Source of the DNA: an uncultured Chloroflexia bacterium
Lineage (GTDB): Bacteria > Chloroflexota > Limnocylindria > Limnocylindrales > CSP1-4
DNA length: 64,000 nucleotides
Reading direction: 5' to 3'
Assembly: GCA_963748625.1 (NCBI GenBank)
Contig: CAVVJT010000007.1
Coordinates: 640,001-704,000, forward strand
A program made the translations under genes and the position numbers. Every line of letters starts with the position of its first letter. Positions within the stretch are counted from its first letter, which is position 1. Under the pieces are notes generated by a model. The model saw only the letters and a list, made by a program, of their open reading frames with translations. It was not told the origin of the DNA and did no database searches. Below are positions 57,011-64,000 of this stretch, piece by piece.

Positions 57011-58138
57011 GTGCGCTACCGGCGGATGCCGATCGAGGAAGAATCGCCCGAGCAGCTGGGCTACGGCGCCATCCGCCGGAACCTGGCCGAGAGCTCCGTG
57101 TCGGACGCCACCCTGGGCGACCTGGGGGCGGGCCTCGAAGGTCTGGTGCTCCAGTATGGGGACCACCTGGGCCTGCCAGCGCTGCGGTCGGAGATCGCGG
57201 GAGACGTGCCCGGTGCCGACCCGGATGACGTGATGGTCACGCCCGGTGCGGTGGCGGCGCTGTTCATCCTCCACACATCGCTGCTGGAGCCCGGTGACCA
57301 CATCGTCGTAGCACGCCCCAACTACGCCACGAACGTGGAGACGCCGCGGGCGATCGGGGCGGACGTGAGCTACCTGGACCTGGAGTTCGAGGACGGCTGG
57401 GGCGTGGACCCTGCCCGGATCGCGGCGCTGATGACGCCCCGGACGCGGCTGGTCAGCCTCACCACGCCCCACAACCCCACCGGGACCACGCTCGACGAGG
57501 CGACCCTGCGCGAGGTGATCACGCTGGTCGAGCGGGCCGGGGCACGCCTGCTGGTGGACGAGACCTATCGCGAGATGACGTTCGCCGAGCCGCTGCCGGT
57601 GGCGGCGAGCCTGAGCCCCAGCGTGATCTCGGTCTCGTCGCTGTCGAAGACCTACGGCCTGCCGGGGATCCGCATCGGCTGGCTCGTCACCCGTGACCGT
57701 TCGCTGCGCGACCGGTTCCTGGCGGCCAAGGAGCAGATCCTGATCAGCGGGTCACTGGTCGATGAGACCATCGCGCTCGAGGCACTCCGGCGCCGGCCCG
57801 CGTGGCTGCCCGTCATCCGCGAGCGGATCGACACGGCATTCACGCTCACGGCGGAGTGGCTCGACGGTCACGAGCGGCTGGAGTGGATCCCGCCCCAAGG
57901 CGGCGTGGTCGGCTTCCCGCGCATCCGGCCGGGCGCCGGAATCAACGCCGACACGTTCCACCGTGTGCTCTTCGAGGAGCACGGCACGATCGTGGGCCCC
58001 GGCCACTGGTTCGAGCGCCCTCGCAGCTACTTCCGGCTGGGCTACGGCTGGCCGACGCTCGACGAGCTGCGCGAGGGTCTCGCCGCGATCGATGCCGCCC
58101 TCCAGACGGCCGAAGGGCCCGATCACCCGGACCTGTAA
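57011..58138 (+). CDS. PLP-dependent class I/II aminotransferase
   Basis: PHNPTG, VDETY, SLSKTYGLPGIRIGW, FRLGY. Confidence 0.9.
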   Translation: MRYRRMPIEEESPEQLGYGAIRRNLAESSVSDATLGDLGAGLEGLVLQYGDHLGLPALRSEIAGDVPGADPDDVMVTPGAVAALFILHTSLLEPGDHIVVARPNYATNVETPRAIGADVSYLDLEFEDGWGVDPARIAALMTPRTRLVSLTTPHNPTGTTLDEATLREVITLVERAGARLLVDETYREMTFAEPLPVAASLSPSVISVSSLSKTYGLPGIRIGWLVTRDRSLRDRFLAAKEQILISGSLVDETIALEALRRRPAWLPVIRERIDTAFTLTAEWLDGHERLEWIPPQGGVVGFPRIRPGAGINADTFHRVLFEEHGTIVGPGHWFERPRSYFRLGYGWPTLDELREGLAAIDAALQTAEGPDHPDL

Positions 58139-58194
58139 CGCCCGCGCCAGTCGACCGGCTGCTCGTCCGCCGATCGCCCTCGCCGGTCGACCAC

Positions 58195-58827
58195 CTACTC
58201 GCCCGACGTGATCGTGACGTCGGTGGCCGTGATGGCGCCCGAGCCGCTCACGGGCGCCGCGCTCGCATCAGGCCGGCGGAAGCCGAAGCCCTCGGTGGCG
58301 ACGGTCACCTCGCTGCCCACCTGGACGTCGGCCGCGGAGGCGTTGGCCTGGGCGTGGAAGTCTGCGCCGGACACGTCGATCGTGGTCTGACCACCGCTCG
58401 CCGTCGTGATGACCAGCGTGGAGCCGTCGAAGCTGGTGACGGTGCCGGAGATGCTCATCGTGCGGTCACCACCGCCCGGCATACCACCCGGACCCGCCTG
58501 GCCGGGGTCGAAGCTGCCGCCGGGCAGGCCACCCGCGAAACCCGGGGGCATGCCCTGGCCACCGGGAAAGACCGACGCCTGCGCCGGCGCGGTTGACCGG
58601 CCCACCGCGAAGGCCACGCCACCTACCGCCACCAGCGCGGCGACGACCAGGACGGCGTTGACGAGCGCGCCGCTCTTCTTCTTCGGCGTCGCAACGGGCA
58701 CGGCCGACTGGGGCACGGGTGCCTGGGGCGCGAGCGGGGGCGACTGGAGCGCGGGCGGTGCGTTCTCGGGCGTGGGTGCCTGACGCTCGCCCTCCGGCGT
58801 CGCCCAGTTCGTGTTCGGCTCGGTCAT
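58195..58827 (-). CDS. Membrane-anchored hypothetical protein (DUF5666-like OB domain)
   Basis: Single TM, Gly-rich linker, SGTVTSFDGSTLVITT...ITATDVTI. Confidence 0.6.
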   Translation of the reverse strand: MTEPNTNWATPEGERQAPTPENAPPALQSPPLAPQAPVPQSAVPVATPKKKSGALVNAVLVVAALVAVGGVAFAVGRSTAPAQASVFPGGQGMPPGFAGGLPGGSFDPGQAGPGGMPGGGDRTMSISGTVTSFDGSTLVITTASGGQTTIDVSGADFHAQANASAADVQVGSEVTVATEGFGFRRPDASAAPVSGSGAITATDVTITSGE

Positions 58828-58838
58828 GACGGTTCTCC

Positions 58839-60056
58839 CTACTCGAAGCGCAGCGCGGCGATGGGGTTGAGGCGGGCGGCCTGCCGCGCGGGCCAGACGC
58901 CGAAGATCACGCCGACGACCAGGCTGAACACCATGGCCACGACGAGGGTGAGCGGGTTGAAGGTGAAGGCCCAGCCGGCGAGGGTGCTGATCAGGAGGGA
59001 CGTCGTCAGCCCCACGACCACGCCGATCAGCCCGCCCAACACGGACAGCACCAGGGCCTCGACGAGGAACTGGAGCAGGATGTCCCGGTTGCGGGCGCCG
59101 ATCGCCTTGCGGATCCCGATCTCACGGGTCCGCTCGCGAACGCTCACCAGCATGATGTTCATGATCCCGATGCCACCCACGAGGAGGCTGATGCTCGCGA
59201 CGCCCACGAGAAGCACCGTGAGCACGCCGTAGATCGAGGTCGCCGTCGCCAGCAGCTGCGTCTGGTCGGCCACCGAGAAGTCGTCGGTCTCGTCGGCGCC
59301 GATCTCGTGGCGCTCCTGGAGGAGGGCCGTGACGTCGGACTTGACGGCGGACATCTGCTCGGCCGTGGCGACCGACACGCCGATGGAGCGCACGCCCGAC
59401 GTCGCGGACCCGGTGAAGTACTTCTTGAGCGTGGCCACCGGCACGAGCACCTGGTCGTCGGCGGAGGTGGACGTCGTGGAGCCCTTGGACTGCAGGATGC
59501 CCACCACCTCGAACGGGATGCCGCCGATGGAGACGGTGGAGCCGATCGCGTCCGCGCCGAGCTCCAGGTCGTCGGCGGTGGTGGAGCCGAGGACGGCGAC
59601 CCGGAGCGCCTGCTCGTTCGCCGTGTCGGTGAGGAACGAGCCCTGCCAGAGCTCGTAGGCGCGGACGGTGAGGTAGTCCTGGCTGGTGCCGAGGATCGTC
59701 GTGGTGGTGTTGAGGTCGCCTGCGACCACCGTCTGCGACGAGGACAGCTCCGGCGAGACGGCGGCCACACCGTCGATCGCCTTGACGGCCTCGGCGTCCT
59801 CAAGGGTGAGCGTGGTCGCCGAGCCCGCGACCTGCCGGAAGCCGCCGCTGAACGAGGCACCCGCGTTGATCGTGAGCAGGTTGGTGCCCAGGCTGCTGAT
59901 CCGGTCGGTGATCCCCGACGAGGCGCCCTGGCCGACCGCCACGAGGGCGACGACGGAGCCAACGCCGATGATGATCCCCAGCATCGTGAGGAAGGAGCGC
60001 ACGCGGCTCGTGCCAAGGCGCGAGATCGCGAGCCGGACGAGCTCGGTGAGGCTCAT
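58839..60056 (-). CDS. MacB/FtsX-family ABC transporter permease
   Basis: RSFLTMLGIIIGV, GGIGIMNIMLVSVRERTREIGIRKAIGA. Confidence 0.93.
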   Translation of the reverse strand: MSLTELVRLAISRLGTSRVRSFLTMLGIIIGVGSVVALVAVGQGASSGITDRISSLGTNLLTINAGASFSGGFRQVAGSATTLTLEDAEAVKAIDGVAAVSPELSSSQTVVAGDLNTTTTILGTSQDYLTVRAYELWQGSFLTDTANEQALRVAVLGSTTADDLELGADAIGSTVSIGGIPFEVVGILQSKGSTTSTSADDQVLVPVATLKKYFTGSATSGVRSIGVSVATAEQMSAVKSDVTALLQERHEIGADETDDFSVADQTQLLATATSIYGVLTVLLVGVASISLLVGGIGIMNIMLVSVRERTREIGIRKAIGARNRDILLQFLVEALVLSVLGGLIGVVVGLTTSLLISTLAGWAFTFNPLTLVVAMVFSLVVGVIFGVWPARQAARLNPIAALRFE

Positions 60057-60727
60057 GCCGCGATCCTCCCGTCGAGGACGTGGATCTGGCGCCCTGCCCG
60101 GACGGCCACGTCCGAGTCGTGGGTGATGAGCACGATCGTGACGCCCTGGTCGTTGAGGTCGTGGAAGAGCTGGAGGACCTCCTCGCCCGTGTGCGAGTCG
60201 AGGTTGCCGGTCGGCTCGTCGGCAAGGATCAGGCTCGGGTTGGTGACCAGCGCCCGCGCGATCGCCACGCGCTGCTGCTGGCCGCCGGAGAGCTCGTTGG
60301 GCTCGTGATCGAGGCGGTCGCCGAGGCCCATCCGCTCGAGAGCGGCCGTGGCGCGCGCGAGGCGCTCCTTCTTGGGGACCCCCTGGTAGAGGAGGGGCGT
60401 CGCCACGTTCTCCAGCGCGCTGGTGCGCGGCAGGAGGTTGTAGCTCTGGAACACGAAGCCGATCATCCGGCTGCGCACCCGGGCCAGCCCGTCGTCGTCG
60501 AGCTCCTCGACCGGGGTACCGTCGAGGACGTACCGGCCCGAGGTCGGCCGGTCAAGGCAGCCGAGGATGTTCATCAGGGTTGACTTGCCGGACCCCGACG
60601 GGCCGATCACGGCCACGAACTCGCCCTCGTCCACGTGGAGGCTGGCGCCGGCAAGCGCATGCACCTGCACCCGGCCGAGGTCGTAGGTCCGGTAGGCGTC
60701 GGTGAGGTCGATGATGGTGCGGCCCAT
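60053..60727 (-). CDS. MacB/LolD-type ABC transporter ATP-binding protein
   Basis: GPSGSGKST, FVFQSYNL, LSGGQQQRVA, ILADEPTGNLD. Confidence 0.95.
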   Translation of the reverse strand: MGRTIIDLTDAYRTYDLGRVQVHALAGASLHVDEGEFVAVIGPSGSGKSTLMNILGCLDRPTSGRYVLDGTPVEELDDDGLARVRSRMIGFVFQSYNLLPRTSALENVATPLLYQGVPKKERLARATAALERMGLGDRLDHEPNELSGGQQQRVAIARALVTNPSLILADEPTGNLDSHTGEEVLQLFHDLNDQGVTIVLITHDSDVAVRAGRQIHVLDGRIAA

Positions 60728-60730
60728 GGC

Positions 60731-62386
60731 TCAGTTCCCGCCCGGGAAGCCGCCGGCAGGCGGCTGGGGCATGCCGCCGGCACCGCTGATGCCACCCATG
60801 CCAGGCCCGAACTGGTCGCGGCCGGACGAGGTCGTCGTCGTGGTGGTCCGGTCCGCCGATGAGCCGGTGACGACGGTCTCGCCCGCCGCGATGCCGCTCG
60901 TGATCTGGGCGTAGTCGTCAGCGATCAGGCCGACCTCGACGGCGCGGCTCTCGACGCTGCCGTCCGTGCCCAGGACGCGTACCGTGTAGCTCCCTGACGT
61001 CCCGGAGAGGGCGATGGCCGGGACCGCGGTCACGTTCTCGGCGGACGCGATGACGATGGTGATCTCGGCCGACATGCCGGCGAGCGGCGCAGTGGCAGCG
61101 GTTGCCGAGGGGGCCGGGGAGGTGGCCGCTGCGGTCGCCGCGCCGGTGCCGCCCGTCTCGTCGAGCGTGACCACCACCGCGTAGCTCACCACCGACGAGG
61201 TGCCCGACGACGATGCGACCGGGTCGATCGCCGTCACCGTGCCGGTGGCCGTGGTCCCGGTCGCGCTGATGTCGACCGTCGCCTGCTGCCCCAGCTGGAG
61301 GCTGAGGATGTCATCCTCGGTCACGCTCACCGAGAGCGCCATCTGCGTGGACTGCATCTCGATGGCGGTCCCGGTGCTCTCCTCGCCCACCACCGCGTTC
61401 ACCACGGTGACGCGCCCGTCCATTGGGGCGACGAGGGTGGCCGCCTCGAGGGCCCCCTGGGCATCGGCGAGGGCGGCCTCGGCGTTGGCGATGGCGATGT
61501 CGTCGGCGACGAGGACCGCGTTGTCGGCGGCGGTCGTGGCGCTGTCGTAGGAGCGGTTGGCGGACTTGAGCGAGGCCTTCGCGTTCGCGATGCTGCCCGA
61601 CGCCTGGCTGTTGCTGCTGGCGACCTGGAGCCGCGTCGAGGCGAGGCTCTGCTCGGCCTGGCTGATCGCGGCCCTGTCCTGCTTCAGGGTCTGGGCCGGG
61701 GCTCCCGCCTTCTTGTCCGCGGCGAGCTGGTCCCGGGCATCGGCCAGCGCACGCCTCGCCTGCGCGAGCTTGAGGTTGCCCTCGGCGACCGTGTTCGAGT
61801 AGGAGCTGCGGGCCTGGGAGAGCTGCCGCTGTGCGCTGTTGACCTGGTCCCTTGCCTGCGCCCGCGCGTCCGAGGTGCTTCCGGCAAGGTCGATCCTGCG
61901 CTGCTTGCGGGCCGCGGCAAGGTTCGCCTCCGCCTCGCGAACCGCCAGCTCGGCCGTCGCGGTGTCGGCCGTGGCGAGGATGTCGCCCTCGGCAACGAGG
62001 TCCCCGACCCCGACGTTGACCGCGGTCACGGGCCAGGTGACGGTGACGGATGCGCCTGAGGCGCCCGACGCAGACGTCGAGGTCGAGCTTCCGGTGCTCG
62101 CGCCGGTGGTCGCCGTGGTACTGCCGGTCGTGGCGCCGCCGCTTGCGGTGGTGGCCGACGTGCCGGACGAGATGACGGCGTCCTCACCGAAGGCCAGGGT
62201 GGCGACCTTCGCCGCCACGAGGTTGCCGCTGGCGGCAGCCGTCTGCTCGACGGTGGTGGTGGTCGCAGCGGAGGTCCGGTAGGTGGTGGACGTGGCGGTC
62301 GGCGATCCGATCCCGACGATGCTGATGCCGACGGCGGCGACGCCGATGGCCAGCAGCCCGATGGCCGCAACGGCCTTGATGTTCAT
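60731..62386 (-). CDS. MacA-like membrane fusion (adaptor) protein
   Basis: N-terminal TM, lipoyl-like halves VNVGVGDLV / LVAPMDGRV flanking a coiled coil. Confidence 0.85.
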   Translation of the reverse strand: MNIKAVAAIGLLAIGVAAVGISIVGIGSPTATSTTYRTSAATTTTVEQTAAASGNLVAAKVATLAFGEDAVISSGTSATTASGGATTGSTTATTGASTGSSTSTSASGASGASVTVTWPVTAVNVGVGDLVAEGDILATADTATAELAVREAEANLAAARKQRRIDLAGSTSDARAQARDQVNSAQRQLSQARSSYSNTVAEGNLKLAQARRALADARDQLAADKKAGAPAQTLKQDRAAISQAEQSLASTRLQVASSNSQASGSIANAKASLKSANRSYDSATTAADNAVLVADDIAIANAEAALADAQGALEAATLVAPMDGRVTVVNAVVGEESTGTAIEMQSTQMALSVSVTEDDILSLQLGQQATVDISATGTTATGTVTAIDPVASSSGTSSVVSYAVVVTLDETGGTGAATAAATSPAPSATAATAPLAGMSAEITIVIASAENVTAVPAIALSGTSGSYTVRVLGTDGSVESRAVEVGLIADDYAQITSGIAAGETVVTGSSADRTTTTTTSSGRDQFGPGMGGISGAGGMPQPPAGGFPGGN

Positions 62387-62536
62387 GTGCGCGCACTCCC
62401 GCTGGGACCCGGGCGCGGCGCGATGCGGCGTGCGCCCAGGCAGGAACTCTCAGCGGTGATCGTCGGCGTCGCTACCTTTCGATCGGGTGACGCCGGGCAG
62501 CGTCATGCCCGGTCGACCGTCAGGCGCGGCCGACCG

Positions 62537-63580
62537 CTAGGCGCGCTGGTCCGTCGCAGGCTTGTCCCAGAGGTTGACGCCACCTTCCACGGCGTACGTG
62601 TCGATCTCGGCCAGCTCATCGGCGGTGAACGGCGGCGCCCCCACGACGCGCAGGTTCTCGCGCACCTGCTCAGCGGACGACGCCCCGATCAGCGTGGTCG
62701 TCATGCGCGGATCGCGCAGGACCCACTGGTACGCCATCTGGGCCAGCGTCTGACCGCGGCTCGCGGCGATCCCGTTGAGGGCGCGGACCCGGGCCAGGTT
62801 CTCCTCCGAGAGCATCTCCGGCGTGAGCGATCCGCCGCCGGGCCGGTTGACACGGGCATCGGCCGGGATGCCGTCGAGGTACTTGTCGGTCAGGAGTCCC
62901 TGCGCGAGGGCCGTGAACGCGATCACGCCGGCGCCCACCTCCTCGACCGCGTCGAGCAGGCCGCCCTCGATCCAGCGGTTGAACATGCTGTACGAGGGCT
63001 GGTGGATCAGCAGCGGCACGCCCTCGGCGCGCAGGAGCGCAGCGACCTCCCGGGTCTTGCCGGCTGAGTACGACGAGATGCCCACGTACAGCGCCTTGCC
63101 CTGGCGGACGGCGTGGGCGAGCGCCCCGATCGTCTCCTCCAGCCGCGTGTCCAGGTCGAAGCGGTGGCTGTAGAAGATGTCGACGTATTCGACGCCGATC
63201 CGCGCGAGGCTCTGGTCCAGCGATGCCAGCATGTGCTTGCGCGACCCGCCGCCCTGGCCGTACGGGCCCGGCCACATCTCCCAGCCGGCCTTGCTCGAGA
63301 TGACCAGCTCGTCGCGGTGCGCGGCGAGGTCCTCGCGCAGGATGCGCCCGAAGTTGATCTCGGCCGAGCCGAAGGGCGGTCCGTAGTTGTTGGCGAGATC
63401 GAAGTGGGTGATCCCGCCGTCGAACGCCGTGTGCACGATCTCGCGCTGGACGGTGGCCGGGGTGGCGTCGCCGAAGTTGTGCCACAGCCCCAGGGACAGG
63501 ATCGGCAGGCGGAGGCCGCTCCGGCCGCAGGCCCGGTACTCCATGGCGTCATAGCGGGCGGCGGCGGGCTGGTACGACAC
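62537..63580 (-). CDS. Aldo/keto reductase, L-glyceraldehyde-3-phosphate reductase (YghZ/Gpr) type
   Basis: LSLGLWHNFG, HFDLANNYGPP.GSAE, YVDIFYSHR, IHQPSYSM. Confidence 0.9.
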   Translation of the reverse strand: MSYQPAAARYDAMEYRACGRSGLRLPILSLGLWHNFGDATPATVQREIVHTAFDGGITHFDLANNYGPPFGSAEINFGRILREDLAAHRDELVISSKAGWEMWPGPYGQGGGSRKHMLASLDQSLARIGVEYVDIFYSHRFDLDTRLEETIGALAHAVRQGKALYVGISSYSAGKTREVAALLRAEGVPLLIHQPSYSMFNRWIEGGLLDAVEEVGAGVIAFTALAQGLLTDKYLDGIPADARVNRPGGGSLTPEMLSEENLARVRALNGIAASRGQTLAQMAYQWVLRDPRMTTTLIGASSAEQVRENLRVVGAPPFTADELAEIDTYAVEGGVNLWDKPATDQRA

Positions 63581-63698
63581 GGGGGCTCCTGCTGCAGGGG
63601 GTCCGGCGGTTGCGTGCTCCAACCCTACCCTGCGGGGCGGATAATCGGCGGGCGCCGGCACGCGGCGCCATCCCATCGACCCTGATTGGAGGCCCATC

Positions 63699-64000
63699 GT
63701 GACCCGAGCCAAGCGCGTCGGCATCCTGACCGCGGGCGGCGACAGCCCGGGCCTCAACGCGGCCATCCGCGGCTTCGGCAAGGCGGCGATCGGCGTCCAC
63801 GGCATGGAGCTGTACGGGTTCCGCGACGGGTTCCGTGGCCTGGCGGAGGACCGCTTCCTCAAGCTCGACTCGCGCGAGCTGTCGGGCATCCTCACGGTGG
63901 GCGGCACGATCCTGGGCACCAGCCGCGACAAGCCGCACCGCATGCCGTTCGACGGCAAGGTGGTGGACGCCACCGAGCGCATCGTGGACACCTGCAAGCG
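63699..64000 (+). CDS. pfkA: 6-phosphofructokinase, 5-prime part
   Basis: [35 protein letters not shown]; GGAGG before GTG. Confidence 0.88.
   Translation, partial: MTRAKRVGILTAGGDSPGLNAAIRGFGKAAIGVHGMELYGFRDGFRGLAEDRFLKLDSRELSGILTVGGTILGTSRDKPHRMPFDGKVVDATERIVDTCK

Overview
Very GC-rich bacterial chromosome segment. The gene content (System II heme maturation, lipoproteins, no outer-membrane proteins) suggests a monoderm such as Chloroflexota or Actinomycetota; this is inference. Frameshifts are frequent in the first 14 kb and probably reflect long-read consensus errors. Two highlights. (1) At 0-14 kb, minus strand, a 10-gene cluster encodes two tandem hexaheme cytochromes that resemble the Geobacter nanowire protein OmcS, one of them carrying four inserted beta-modules. 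It also encodes a Pro-rich-tethered octaheme, TPR and NHL proteins and a dedicated ccdA-resB-ccsA-resA maturation set. (2) Several families of 110-150 bp intergenic elements are built from 17-18 bp palindromic boxes spaced 92-95 bp apart, most with a shared central hairpin. They flank two XRE-HTH/PD-(D/E)XK genes and a vapBC pair, also occur solo, and one copy is split exactly at its centre by an IS30 element. The rest comprises three toxin-antitoxin pairs, a NarX/NarL-type two-component system, a split selenocysteine formate dehydrogenase with a NuoE-F fusion, a SorC-type regulator with an E1alpha/beta-E2 dehydrogenase, ACC deaminase, peptidases, mmuM, a MacAB-type ABC exporter, an aldo-keto reductase and the start of pfkA. 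No rRNA, tRNA or CRISPR array was seen.
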